Shown piece by piece: positions 30,572-40,926 of a stretch of 64,000 nt of DNA. The notes under the pieces are model-generated. The model saw nothing but the letters and a program-made list of their open reading frames with translations. It had not been told where the DNA came from and searched no databases. Each line of letters opens with the position of its first letter. The stretch's first letter is position 1. Source of the stretch: Candidatus Velthaea sp. (GTDB lineage Bacteria > Vulcanimicrobiota > Vulcanimicrobiia > Vulcanimicrobiales > Vulcanimicrobiaceae); the NCBI GenBank assembly GCA_965214935.1, contig CBDCCS010000018.1, positions 320,001 to 384,000 on the forward strand, read 5' to 3'. Position numbers and translations under genes: made by a program.

Positions 30572-31647
30572 GGCAGCGTCCGGCCGGCGGCGGCGACAAA
30601 TGCTTCGAGTTCATCGTAATTGTGGAAGCCCAGCGCGCGCCGGCCGTCTTCAATCTCGTAGATCATCGTAGTGAGCCGCTCGTTGAGGCGTACGTCGGCA
30701 CCGGCCGCCCGCCCGTATTCGACGAGCTTCCCGTTCGATGCGCGCACTTCCGATTGGCGTTTGCGATGCACGATGTCCCACCAAATACCGGACCCGCGCT
30801 TGACGAACGTGTGCGTTTGCGGCTGCTGATCTTTCTTGAGCAGCCAGATCGCGTGGTTGATGTTGGCGATGAGTTTGGCCGTATCGGCGGCGGTTTCCGG
30901 CCGGTAATTGACCGGATCGAAGAAGTCGAATGCTTCGACGCGAATACCGCATGCGTCGGCGATTTCGAGTGCTTCGCGCACGATCGCGCCGGCGGTGCGC
31001 GCATACCGTTCGTTGCCTAACGACTGGGCGATCGGCGCATCGACGAGCGCCGAAAAAACGACTTGCGCGGAATACACTTCTTTGGCCCAAATCTGGCCCC
31101 AAATGTTGTTCGAAAGCTGAACCGGCGCGAGTGCTTCGAGCATCGTTGCGAGTTCGCGTAAGCGCGGCGTCGGCGCGCCGTTCATTTCGCCGAGCTGAAT
31201 CGGGCCCTCGTGCACGTGCTCGAGATGTCCCGGATCGACGAGCGCACCGCCGTAATTCGGGATCGAGCCGACAATGCGTTCGTTTCCGCCAAGACCCGCT
31301 GCCGTCAAGAGTTCGGCAATGAGCGGTTCGTTGAAGCCGTTTTGAAACGATACGATGAACGTTTGCGGGCCGACGTGCGGCAGCAAATCATGCACCGCAT
31401 CGGCCGTATGCTGCGATTTAGTTGCGACGAGCACCGCTTCGAGCGGTCCGCTCAACTCGTGCGGATGGATAGCCCGCACGGGAACACGCAGTTCGCCGCG
31501 GATCCCGTCGATGAAAACGCCGTCACGCTGCAACGCCTCGACATGCTCGCGCCAACGGTCGACGAGCACGACGTCGTAACCCGCGCGCGTCATATAGGCG
31601 CCCGCGAGTCCGCCGATCGCACCGGCACCGACGATCGTTACGCGCAT
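30568..31647 (-). CDS. Ketopantoate reductase (ApbA/PanE) family protein
   Basis: IVGAGAIGG; VATKSQ; SFQNG; W.K; SGIWWDI...SE. Confidence 0.85.
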   Translation of the reverse strand: MRVTIVGAGAIGGLAGAYMTRAGYDVVLVDRWREHVEALQRDGVFIDGIRGELRVPVRAIHPHELSGPLEAVLVATKSQHTADAVHDLLPHVGPQTFIVSFQNGFNEPLIAELLTAAGLGGNERIVGSIPNYGGALVDPGHLEHVHEGPIQLGEMNGAPTPRLRELATMLEALAPVQLSNNIWGQIWAKEVYSAQVVFSALVDAPIAQSLGNERYARTAGAIVREALEIADACGIRVEAFDFFDPVNYRPETAADTAKLIANINHAIWLLKKDQQPQTHTFVKRGSGIWWDIVHRKRQSEVRASNGKLVEYGRAAGADVRLNERLTTMIYEIEDGRRALGFHNYDELEAFVAAAGRTLP

Positions 31648-32558
31648 GCGTACGCCCTCCGTAACGTGCCGAACTCCGGCAGCGCTTCGAGCTCGGCGAT
31701 GAGCGCAGCGGCGTCATGCTCGGGCAGCGCGACCAGCGGCGGCATCGGGCGTCGCCAGCGCTCGTCGCCGGATAGTTCGGCGAGCACGGCGCGCACGGCG
31801 GGCACGAGCTGATGCGCCGCCATCGCCGAACGCATCGCGCTCAGAGCCGGCACTTCGCTTTGCGAGCCGCGCCACACCGGAGCTGCCAGCGGCGCGGTGA
31901 CGTTGAGTGTCGCAGAGATGCAGCCGGCAAAACCCGCGGCACGTGCGTCACTCAGTGCCGTCTCCGAACTCGGAAAGATATCGATGTTCGGACATGCCCG
32001 GACGATCGCTGCGGCATAGCCGGCGACGCCCGAACTATCTTTGAGCCCCGCCACCGTGCCGGCGAACGTCATACTTAGACGCGCAACGAGCGCGGCCGAA
32101 AACGTGAAACCGGATAGCTGCGGAAAATTATACAGGTACAGACGCAAGCGATTGTCGCTAAGCGCTTCGATCAAACGTTCGTAGAACGCAAAGACGCCGT
32201 CGTCGATCAGGCCCTTGAAATAGAACGGCGGGATCACCAGTTGTCCGCCGAATCCGAGTTCGACGGCGGTGCGCGTCAGCACGATCGCGTCGGCAAGTGC
32301 CGCTGCTCCCGTACCGACAAGAAACCGCGATAGCGGTAGGCCCGCGGTGCCGACCGCGTGCATGACCTCCAAGCGCGCCGCGACGCTCAATGACGTCGCT
32401 TCACCGGTCGTGCCGAGCAGATTGATCGCATCGCAGCCGTGGGCGAGCAGCCTGCGGCAATGCGCGATCAGCATCTCCGCATCGGGCGCGAGTGCGGCAT
32501 CGAGCGGAGTGACGACGGCGGCACAAACGCCGCCGGGGCGTTGCTCCCAACTCGCCAT
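31638..32558 (-). CDS. Dihydrodipicolinate synthase/N-acetylneuraminate lyase family aldolase
   Basis: GTTGE; PPFYFK; LYNFPQ; LKDSSG. Confidence 0.9.
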   Translation of the reverse strand: MASWEQRPGGVCAAVVTPLDAALAPDAEMLIAHCRRLLAHGCDAINLLGTTGEATSLSVAARLEVMHAVGTAGLPLSRFLVGTGAAALADAIVLTRTAVELGFGGQLVIPPFYFKGLIDDGVFAFYERLIEALSDNRLRLYLYNFPQLSGFTFSAALVARLSMTFAGTVAGLKDSSGVAGYAAAIVRACPNIDIFPSSETALSDARAAGFAGCISATLNVTAPLAAPVWRGSQSEVPALSAMRSAMAAHQLVPAVRAVLAELSGDERWRRPMPPLVALPEHDAAALIAELEALPEFGTLRRAYACA

Positions 32559-32570
32559 CGATCTCCCTCC

Positions 32571-32622
32571 CTTGACGCCGCGTCAAGATTGCATTAAGGT
32601 CCGATGAACGCGATTGTTAACA
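32571..32622. promoter_or_regulatory. Palindromes in the divergent promoter region, candidate GntR operators
   Basis: CTTGACG-CCG-CGTCAAG (32571-32587) and TGTTAACA (32615-32622). Confidence 0.45.
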
Positions 32623-32641
32623 GTTCACCGATGTCACTCCT

Positions 32642-33349
32642 TTGGAGGCGGCGACTGACGGCGTGGATCCGTTCAAGCAACTTGTAAGCGAACTCGGCCT
32701 ACCCGATCGACGGAGTTTATCCGACGATGTGGTTGATCGTTTGCGCGCCGCGATCGTTCGCGGAACGTTCGTTCCGGGCCAGCATCTTAGCGAAGCGGCA
32801 CTCGCCGATATTTTCGGCGTCAGCCGCGGACCGATCCGCGAGGCGTTCGCTCAACTCGAACGCGAGGGTTTGTTGAAGCTCGAACGTCATCGTGGCGCGC
32901 GCGTCACGTCGCTCTCGACGCGCGACATCGATGAGATCTACGAACTGCGCGTTGCGCTCGAGCGGCTCGCAATCGATCGGGCGTGCAAGTTTGGAATCGA
33001 AAGTGATTTCGTCGCGATGGCCGAGATCGTCGAGGCATTGCGCGATGCGACGCAACGCGAGGACGTCGTCGCGGTCGTCGAGTGGGATGTCCGCTTTCAC
33101 GATTCGATTTACGTCGCGGCAAAGCACGATCGGCTGTACCAATCATGGTCGATCCTGCGACCGCAAATCGAGACGTTTCTCTTCTCGCGTTCGATGGACC
33201 AACGCAACTATCTCGACAAAGCCGTGCACGAACACGTCGCATTGCTCGATATCATCCGTCAACGCTCGCGTGCCGCAGCGACGGCGATGATCGAAGACCA
33301 CATTCACAGCGCGTACGACCGTCTATCGCGGTTGTCCGCCGACCGCTAA
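32642..33349 (+). CDS. GntR family (FadR/FCD) transcriptional regulator
   Basis: PGQHLSE..LA..FGVSRGPIREA...LEREGL; D..FH; EH. Confidence 0.93.
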   Translation: MEAATDGVDPFKQLVSELGLPDRRSLSDDVVDRLRAAIVRGTFVPGQHLSEAALADIFGVSRGPIREAFAQLEREGLLKLERHRGARVTSLSTRDIDEIYELRVALERLAIDRACKFGIESDFVAMAEIVEALRDATQREDVVAVVEWDVRFHDSIYVAAKHDRLYQSWSILRPQIETFLFSRSMDQRNYLDKAVHEHVALLDIIRQRSRAAATAMIEDHIHSAYDRLSRLSADR

Positions 33350-33376
33350 TGCTTACTTGTCAGAAAGAGCTCGATC

Positions 33377-36300
33377 GTGATGTCTCGGTATCTCTTTTGC
33401 ACGACGTTCGTCATCGCACTATGCTGCGCTATGGTTTCGGCGGCGTGGGCCGGTTCGACCGGCACGCTGAGCGGCGCCGTCAGCGACGCGGCAGCCGGCG
33501 CACCGGTAAGCGGCGCGAAAGTCACCGCCGTAAGCCCCTCGCAATCGGCAACCGCAACGACCGATGCCGGCGGACACTTCGTCTTTCTTTCGCTCGCACC
33601 GGACACGTACAGCATTGCCGTTGAAGCCGCCGGCTATCAAACCTTGAGCACCAGCGGCGTGACGATTTATGCCGATCAGACGCAAAATCTGCCGCTCGGC
33701 ATACGTAAGGCGTTGCGAACGATCGGCAGCGTGACGTCGCGCTCCGCGCAGCAACTCGTGCGTCCCGGTGCCGTCGCCGATTCGTATTCCGTCAATGCCG
33801 CGACACAAGCGCGGATTACCGGGCTCAACGGCGGCGGTTCGCTCAATCAAGCTTTTTCGGCATTGGCAGCGACGCCCGGCGTGTACGTGCCCTCCGGCCA
33901 GAGCGGCTGGTCGCAAATGGCCGGCGTCACGATTCGCGGCGGTACGCACAGCCAAGTCGGCTACGAGTTCGACGGCGTTCCGGTCAGCGTCGGAATCAAC
34001 GGCTTTCCGGGCAACAACCTTTCAACGCTGGGTCAGCAAGAAGTGCAAGTGTATAGCGGCTCGGCACCGCTGAATTCTGAATCGCAAGGCATTTCGGGTT
34101 TCGTCAATCAGGTCGTCAAAACGGGAACCTATCCCGGCACGACGACCGTCGATGTCGGCTTGGGCAGCCCGTCGTTTTACCACAAGTTGTCGGCCGAGTT
34201 CAGCGGAGCGACGAAAAACCGGCTGTTTTCGTATTACGTCGGGTTTCTCGGCGCCAATCAGGATTTCCGCACGGTCGATCAATATAACGGCGCAGCTTAT
34301 AACTCGGTCTACGGTCCGGTCTACGCAGCGTTACCATGCCCCGGCGGCGCGCAAGCCGCCAATTACGCCGGTTGCTATGCCGCGACGACACCCGGCGGGC
34401 TGGGCGTCGGGCCGGGCGGGTTCGTTCGGGCACCGGTGAATTTTCTCGCGCCCGCGTACCAAGAAGATCGCGAAAACGTCGTCAATTTGCATTTAGGCGT
34501 TCCGCACAAAGACGGCGGGCGCGACGACGTACAGTTTCTGTATCAAACCGGCGGCATTACCTCGCAGGTCTTTTCATCGGCCAACGACTTGGGCGTCGCG
34601 CCGTACGCGTATCCGGTCGGTCACATCTATACCGGACCGCTCGGCGGGCTACTCCCGGCAAACTACGCGTCGCTCGTGCAGTCGTATTCGTTTCCGTCAA
34701 ACGGCGGAACCGGATTGATCTCGGCCAACGAACGCGACACGCAGCATAACGACCAGGCCATCCTCAAATTGCAGTATCAGCACAACATGGGCAGCAATGC
34801 GTACGTGCGCGCATATGCGTACTCGCTGTATTCCGATTTCTTATGGTACGCACCCAATGGAGCGAGTTCACCGGCGAGCGCATCGTTCGGCGAACCGCCG
34901 GATTACAAATTGTGGACACACGCGACGGGCTATAGCACCGAGTTTGCCGATCAGTTGTCGCCGCAGCATCTGCTCATGGCGCAGGCGTCGTTCACGCACG
35001 CGCCGTCGGTGCGTGACAACAGCACGACATGGGCGACGGGCGGTAACACGCCGTTTGCCGTCGCGGTCGATTCGACCAATCCCGCCGCCGGCTTGTGTTA
35101 CATGGTTGCAGGCGGCGTAGCGACTGCGGCATCGTGCCAACGCGGCGGCGGTGCATCGGCCGTAACGTACAACTCCGCAACGGGTGCAACGGCGGCGCCG
35201 GCGTCGCTGGCCGGCGTTACCTGCGGCGCCGGGCCATGCGCATACTACGCCGTCGACAACGGTTTGAGCGGCGCGTTCAACAACATCGCGCAAAATACGG
35301 TCTCGGGCAGCTTGAGCGATCAATGGAAGCCGACCGACCGCTTTACGATCGAGTACGGTTTACGCTATCACGATTACCAAATTACCGGCGCAAATACCGA
35401 CACGGGGACGCGGCCGTTCTGGTTCAACGCCTACAACACCGATTATTGCGTGAACGTCAATCCGGGCAGCACGCCGGTCTCGAAGAAGAGTCTGGCTATC
35501 CCGGTCACTGCAACGTGCGCGACGGCAAATCGGGGCGGTCTTGCGTTCACATCTCCGGGCTTGACGAACGAACCGGCGAACTATAACTTCATCGAGTTCG
35601 AGCCGCGCATCGGCTTGACGTATGCCGCGAGTGCAAACGACGTCTTCCGGCTTAGCTACGGCAAATACACGCAGCCGGCGCCGACGGCATATCAGCAGTA
35701 CAACACGCATCAACAGAACCTCGCGGCCTATCTCGCGCAGCGCTTTTACAAGTACGGCTACGTCGGCGCGGGCCACGATATCCCGCCGCAAGAGTCATAT
35801 AATCTCGACGGTTCGCTCGAGCACGGCTTCAAGAACTCGGACGTTTCATTCAAGGTCACGCCGTTTTACCGCACGACGAAAAACGAATTGACCGAGTTCT
35901 TCATCGATCCGGCCAACCAGCTCACGTCGGGTCTCGCGGTCGGGTCGTTGCGCACGAGCGGCGTTGAAGTGCAATTGCGCAAAGGCTCGTTCGACCGCAA
36001 CGGCTTCGCGGCGCTGCTTTCGTATACGTATACAAACGCGCGGATCCACTACAATACGCTGCCCGGCGGCGGCTCGATCATCGCTCCGATCAACAACGAC
36101 ATCAAAACCTACAACGCCTATACGTCGTTTTGCGCGACGCATGCCGGCGACGCGCGTTGCGGCGCGACGTCGACGGGCGTTACCTCGGCGCCGTGCTTCA
36201 CGGCGGGCGGCGCACCCGACCCCGCCTGCGCGGCAACGAGCTTCGCCAATCCGTATTGGAACGCGCCGGTGCAGAACGTGCTCGACCCGGGCGGTTCGTA

Positions 36301-36970
36301 TTGGCCGACCGATCCGGTCGTCGCGACGACGGGTTTGGGCGTCAACGGCTATACCGAGCCGCATGTCGCGACGTTCGTGCTCAACTATCGCCACAATGCA
36401 TTCGCCATAACACCGTCGTTGCAGTTTCAAGGCGGTCAGCGCTACGGTTCGCCTGAAGCGAACGCCGGTATCGATCCGGCCGCCGGCTGCGGGACGCTCG
36501 GGGGTGCGACGGCGGGCGATCCGCGTTATCCGTACGGCAGTGCCGGCGGCGCGCCGTACAACGCGCTGACATGCGCTGCTGCGCTCAATGCCATACCCAA
36601 CGTGTTCACCGGCAAGTTTGATTCGATCGGCGCGTTCACGTCACCGTCGCAGCTCATCGGCAGCCTTACTGCGTCGTACGATATCAATAAGCGCGTGACG
36701 CTATCGTTGACCGCCGCCAATCTCGTCAATCAGTGCTTCGGCGGAACCAAAGCGGCATGGACGGGGATCGGCTCGCCGCACGTATGCTCTTATGAATCGG
36801 GCGAAGTGTCGCGCGCGTATGCGCCGACCGGTAACGCCTACAACCCGGGCGCAACGTTCGATCCGTTTGCGCGAAATCCGTACTTTGCGTATCTCGGGCC
36901 GTACACGATGGGCGTCGTCAATCCGAACGCGCCGTTCTCACTCTATCTCAACGCGTCGATCCGGCTATAG
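33377..36970 (+). CDS. TonB-dependent receptor-like outer membrane protein with N-terminal carboxypeptidase-regulatory-like domain
   Basis: Signal peptide; TGTLSG.V.D...G.PV.GAKV; plug IRGG...YEFDGVP; EPRIGLTY; amphipathic final strand; Cys-rich loops. Confidence 0.88.
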   Translation: MMSRYLFCTTFVIALCCAMVSAAWAGSTGTLSGAVSDAAAGAPVSGAKVTAVSPSQSATATTDAGGHFVFLSLAPDTYSIAVEAAGYQTLSTSGVTIYADQTQNLPLGIRKALRTIGSVTSRSAQQLVRPGAVADSYSVNAATQARITGLNGGGSLNQAFSALAATPGVYVPSGQSGWSQMAGVTIRGGTHSQVGYEFDGVPVSVGINGFPGNNLSTLGQQEVQVYSGSAPLNSESQGISGFVNQVVKTGTYPGTTTVDVGLGSPSFYHKLSAEFSGATKNRLFSYYVGFLGANQDFRTVDQYNGAAYNSVYGPVYAALPCPGGAQAANYAGCYAATTPGGLGVGPGGFVRAPVNFLAPAYQEDRENVVNLHLGVPHKDGGRDDVQFLYQTGGITSQVFSSANDLGVAPYAYPVGHIYTGPLGGLLPANYASLVQSYSFPSNGGTGLISANERDTQHNDQAILKLQYQHNMGSNAYVRAYAYSLYSDFLWYAPNGASSPASASFGEPPDYKLWTHATGYSTEFADQLSPQHLLMAQASFTHAPSVRDNSTTWATGGNTPFAVAVDSTNPAAGLCYMVAGGVATAASCQRGGGASAVTYNSATGATAAPASLAGVTCGAGPCAYYAVDNGLSGAFNNIAQNTVSGSLSDQWKPTDRFTIEYGLRYHDYQITGANTDTGTRPFWFNAYNTDYCVNVNPGSTPVSKKSLAIPVTATCATANRGGLAFTSPGLTNEPANYNFIEFEPRIGLTYAASANDVFRLSYGKYTQPAPTAYQQYNTHQQNLAAYLAQRFYKYGYVGAGHDIPPQESYNLDGSLEHGFKNSDVSFKVTPFYRTTKNELTEFFIDPANQLTSGLAVGSLRTSGVEVQLRKGSFDRNGFAALLSYTYTNARIHYNTLPGGGSIIAPINNDIKTYNAYTSFCATHAGDARCGATSTGVTSAPCFTAGGAPDPACAATSFANPYWNAPVQNVLDPGGSYWPTDPVVATTGLGVNGYTEPHVATFVLNYRHNAFAITPSLQFQGGQRYGSPEANAGIDPAAGCGTLGGATAGDPRYPYGSAGGAPYNALTCAAALNAIPNVFTGKFDSIGAFTSPSQLIGSLTASYDINKRVTLSLTAANLVNQCFGGTKAAWTGIGSPHVCSYESGEVSRAYAPTGNAYNPGATFDPFARNPYFAYLGPYTMGVVNPNAPFSLYLNASIRL

Positions 36971-36981
36971 CTACGTCAACG

Positions 36982-38175
36982 ATGTCACCGGCTTCGGCCG
37001 CCGATGACGATTTCGCTCTGGGCCGGAAACTTACCGAGATCGCCCTTGGGCTCGACGCACTCGAACGAGCGACGAATCGCGGCGGCGGTGCGCTCGATAC
37101 CGAGGGCCTCGTGCCGATCTACATCGGCCGCGATCTGTGCACGCCCACGGCGTTTCGTGATTACACCGGCGTGCGTGATGCGTTGTCCGAACTCGGTGCA
37201 GCCACGGTGAACCTTGCAGAAAGCGCGCGCACGCTATTTTTACGCGCGATGATTCGCTCGCTCGATGCGGCAACGCGGCTGTTCGCCGGCGAAACGCTCA
37301 GCTTCCAAGAGAAGCTCAGCGAGCTCGTCGGCGTGCCGGCCGAACCGGTCGGCCATGCGACGATCGCGCAGATACACGATCGGCTCGATGCGCTCATGAC
37401 GGCGCGCGGCTTTACGACGGGTTCACTCGGCGAGCGCGTAACGGCGTGGCAAACGGGACGCTATCTCGATCCCGATGCAATCCCCGGCATTTTCAACGAA
37501 CTCATGGCGATCGCGAAAGCGCGCACCGACGAACGCATTCGGCCGACCGGCAACTACACGATGAAATTACGCGCGCTGCGAAACGTTCCGTACGCTGGGC
37601 GCTGTTCGTTTGCCGACGGTACGATGGAGATCAATCTCGATGTGCGCGTCACACGGTCCGCGCTCAAGCATCTAGTGTGTCATGAAGTGTTTCCGGGTCA
37701 CTCGACGCAGTTGCTGACGACGCGCGCCGCCGCCGCGCACGCGCAACGCCCGCTCGACGCATTGCTGTGCACGGCGAACTGCGTGACGGGTGCCGTGCAA
37801 GAGGGCATCGGCGATCAAGGAATCGACCTCATCGATTGGATTGAAGACGAAGACGATGCCGCGCAAATTGAAGTTCGGCGCCTACAAACGGCAACCGGGA
37901 CGAATGCGGCTTGGCATCTGCATGAATCCGGTTGGACCGCCGATGAGTCAATCGCTTATCTCCGTGATGTCGGATTCGGACAGGAGTCATGGGCGCGCGT
38001 GCGCACCGGCATGGCGCAGCACCCGTTTCGCGCGCCGTTTCTCGCATCATACTGGTTCGGCAACGAAACGGTGAAAGCGCTGCGCGAAGCACCGGCAACG
38101 AATCGCGCACAGCTTATCGCCGCGCTGTTCGACGAAGTGCACTCGATCGATAGTCTCCGGCTTGCGGTCGCGTGA
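36982..38175 (+). CDS. DUF885-like putative metallopeptidase
   Basis: CHEVFPGH...QEGIG. Confidence 0.6.
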   Translation: MSPASAADDDFALGRKLTEIALGLDALERATNRGGGALDTEGLVPIYIGRDLCTPTAFRDYTGVRDALSELGAATVNLAESARTLFLRAMIRSLDAATRLFAGETLSFQEKLSELVGVPAEPVGHATIAQIHDRLDALMTARGFTTGSLGERVTAWQTGRYLDPDAIPGIFNELMAIAKARTDERIRPTGNYTMKLRALRNVPYAGRCSFADGTMEINLDVRVTRSALKHLVCHEVFPGHSTQLLTTRAAAAHAQRPLDALLCTANCVTGAVQEGIGDQGIDLIDWIEDEDDAAQIEVRRLQTATGTNAAWHLHESGWTADESIAYLRDVGFGQESWARVRTGMAQHPFRAPFLASYWFGNETVKALREAPATNRAQLIAALFDEVHSIDSLRLAVA

Positions 38176-38205
38176 GCAGCGGTTCGGAACGTTAGGATAA
38201 GGCTG

Positions 38206-39225
38206 ATGACGCAACGCATTCGCTGGGGTGTTCTCGGCACGGCGAACATCGCGATAAAGCGCTTCATTCCGGGCGTTCGCGCGTCGTACAACGGCGAAAT
38301 CGCGGCGATCGCCGGACGCGACGCTGCGCGGGTGCGCGAAGTCGCTGCCTCGCTTGCGATACCCAAAGCGTATGATTCGTACGCAGCATTGCTCGCCGAT
38401 CCCGACATCGATGCGGTCTACAACCCGCTGCCGAACTCGTTGCACGCGCAGTGGACGCTAGCGGCAGCGGCGGCCGGGAAAGCGGTGTTGTGTGAAAAAC
38501 CGCTCGCGCTTTCCAGCGATGAGGCGCAAACGCTGATCGACGGTTGCCGCGAGCGTGGCGTCCTGTTGATGGAGGCATTCATGTATCGCTTCCATCCGCA
38601 ACACGAACGCGTTCGCGCGATCATCGCGGCCGGCGAAATCGGCGACGTTCGATTCGTACGTGCTGCTTTCACGTTTTTACTCGAACCGTTCAAACGCGAG
38701 AACGTGCGTTTGCAAGGCGACCTCGGCGGCGGTGCGCTCATGGACGTCGGCTGCTACACCGTCAACGCGGCGCGGATGCTGTTCGGCGAAGAGCCGCTTT
38801 GGGCAAGCGCGCAATGGGATTTCCGCCCGCAATACGGTGTCGAAGTCTCGCTCGCCGGAATTTTAGGCTTCGGCGACGGGCGCACGGCGATCTTTGATTG
38901 CGGATTTCGCGCCGCCGGACAAGGTTCATACACGGTCGCGGGAACCGCCGGGCAGATCGACGTTCCGACGGCGTTCGTTCCCAGCACCGATACGTTTCTG
39001 CGTATTACTGCGCACGGTGTTACGCGCGAGGAGCGCATAACGGCGGTCGACCAGTATCAGCTCGAAGCCGAAGAATTCGCCGACGCCTTCATTACGCGTC
39101 GCCCGTTACGCTTAGCGCCCTCCGACGCGCTCGGTACCTTGCGCGCAATCGAAGCGCTGCATCGTTCGGCGGCAGCCGGCGGTGCACGCGAACCGGTCGC
39201 CGGAACGCAAGCTGCCGGCATATGA
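38206..39225 (+). CDS. Gfo/Idh/MocA family oxidoreductase
   Basis: WGVLGTANIA; YNPLPNSLH; CEKP; GGGALMDVGCY. Confidence 0.93.
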   Translation: MTQRIRWGVLGTANIAIKRFIPGVRASYNGEIAAIAGRDAARVREVAASLAIPKAYDSYAALLADPDIDAVYNPLPNSLHAQWTLAAAAAGKAVLCEKPLALSSDEAQTLIDGCRERGVLLMEAFMYRFHPQHERVRAIIAAGEIGDVRFVRAAFTFLLEPFKRENVRLQGDLGGGALMDVGCYTVNAARMLFGEEPLWASAQWDFRPQYGVEVSLAGILGFGDGRTAIFDCGFRAAGQGSYTVAGTAGQIDVPTAFVPSTDTFLRITAHGVTREERITAVDQYQLEAEEFADAFITRRPLRLAPSDALGTLRAIEALHRSAAAGGAREPVAGTQAAGI

Positions 39226-40166
39226 GCGACAACCTCATCGACGGTTTGCGTTGGGCGCACTACCCGATTCCCGCGACCGCCGCGGCGCCGACGATCGACC
39301 TAAACGTCGGCACCATCGGAAGCGGTGCGCCGGTCGGACTCATCGTCGCCGGGCAGCACGGCGACGAAGGCCCTTGGGGCACGCGTTCGATTCGTAAGCT
39401 GCTGGAGACAACGCCGGCAAGCGATCTGCGGGGAACGCTGCGCGTGGTTCCGGTTGCCAATCCGTTAGCGTTCGCCGAAAACTCGCGTACGGCACACATC
39501 GACGGCGACGACGTCAACATGGAGTTTCCGGGCGATGCCCGCGGCAAGCATACGCAGCGTTTGGCGCACGCGCTCGCCGTCAACGCGGTCGACGGCGCCG
39601 ACGTCGTGCTCGACATCCATGGCGGCGGAAGCTGGTGCGTCAATTGTTTCGTCTACCGTTTTCCCGGCAGTCACGAGTTGGCCGAACAAATCGGTGCGCC
39701 GTTCATTCGCAACGGACCCGAACGGGGAACGACCAGCTTGACCGGCTACGCAATGGCCCAAGGCGCGAAAGCCGTCTGGATCGAGGTCGGCGGCGCGGGC
39801 CTGCACGAGGAACGTTGGGCGCAGCTTGTTGCAACCGGCTTGCGCCGGGCGCTGGGATCGACCGGCGTGCTCGCTCCGGTCGCAGAAGCGGCGCCGGCAC
39901 CCGCGTTTGCGACCGGCGCCGCCGTGTCGTTGCGTACGGCGGCTCCGGGGTTGTACTTGCCGGACTTACGCGATGACGACGTTGCGCGTATCGTGCCGGC
40001 CGGAACGACGATCGGGCGTTTGATCGATCCGGTCACGAACGCCACGCTCGAAACATACAGCGCACCGTTCGCGCGTACGATAATAATGCTGCTGCGTCCG
40101 ACGTTGGCAGTTATGGAAGGCGGCGAGATGGTTTGCGTGCTCGCCGAGGCGGATGCAAGCGTTTAA
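39222..40166 (+). CDS. Succinylglutamate desuccinylase/aspartoacylase (M14) family
   Basis: AGQHGDE; PVANP; FPGD; LDIHGG. Confidence 0.88.
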   Translation: MSDNLIDGLRWAHYPIPATAAAPTIDLNVGTIGSGAPVGLIVAGQHGDEGPWGTRSIRKLLETTPASDLRGTLRVVPVANPLAFAENSRTAHIDGDDVNMEFPGDARGKHTQRLAHALAVNAVDGADVVLDIHGGGSWCVNCFVYRFPGSHELAEQIGAPFIRNGPERGTTSLTGYAMAQGAKAVWIEVGGAGLHEERWAQLVATGLRRALGSTGVLAPVAEAAPAPAFATGAAVSLRTAAPGLYLPDLRDDDVARIVPAGTTIGRLIDPVTNATLETYSAPFARTIIMLLRPTLAVMEGGEMVCVLAEADASV

Positions 40167-40290
40167 GCGGCATCGGCGAACGCAGACGCGCTCACAGCGA
40201 CCGAACGGCCATACACAATCTTCGATCGAGCGACACGCTGGGATATCGCCGAATAATACAAGTCGATGCGCACGTTTTGTTGTAGACAGA

Positions 40291-40926
40291 TTAAGCGTCG
40301 TGCGTAAGCTGCCACTCGACAGCGTTCGGCAAGAGATAGGCGACGGGCAGCAGCGCGTAGATCGAAACGCTGAGCGGGATGCTCGCAAATGCCGCGAGCG
40401 AGCCGCCGAGGGCTATCGTGGGATAGGCCGCTGCCCACCAGCGCGAACTTGCGATGGCACGCTGCGATCGCACGGCGCCGCTTCGAAGCCGGTAGCGCCG
40501 CTCGACGTAGAACCAGAGCGCACAGAAGGTTGCGCCTGTCGCGGCTTGTGCGAGCCCGTAGAATGCGACGATAGCGGCGAGGTTCCCATAGTCGGAGATA
40601 AGCTCGGTTGGAAACGGCAAGAACGCGACGACGATGAGCAGCGCGAGATTCAGCAACACCGTCGGCCGGTCGACATCCGTGAGACCCGTGAACACCGTGT
40701 GATGATTCAGCCAGATCACGCCGATGACGAGAAAACTCGTCACATAAGCGAGCAGTGGCCGGGCAAGGGCGACGAGCGCGTGCGATGCTTGTGCGTTCGA
40801 GGCTCCGTGCAGATCGGGGACCCGGATTTCGATGACGAGCAACGTGGCCGCAAACGCGAATACACCGTCGCTAAACGCCTCTAGCCGGGCAAGATTCATC
40901 AGGGAGCCTACCGGCTTGTCGGTCAT
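40291..40926 (-). CDS. TMEM175 family potassium channel
   Basis: RLEAFSDGVFAFAATLLV; YVTSF..IG..W..HH; FLPFPT. Confidence 0.92.
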   Translation of the reverse strand: MTDKPVGSLMNLARLEAFSDGVFAFAATLLVIEIRVPDLHGASNAQASHALVALARPLLAYVTSFLVIGVIWLNHHTVFTGLTDVDRPTVLLNLALLIVVAFLPFPTELISDYGNLAAIVAFYGLAQAATGATFCALWFYVERRYRLRSGAVRSQRAIASSRWWAAAYPTIALGGSLAAFASIPLSVSIYALLPVAYLLPNAVEWQLTHDA

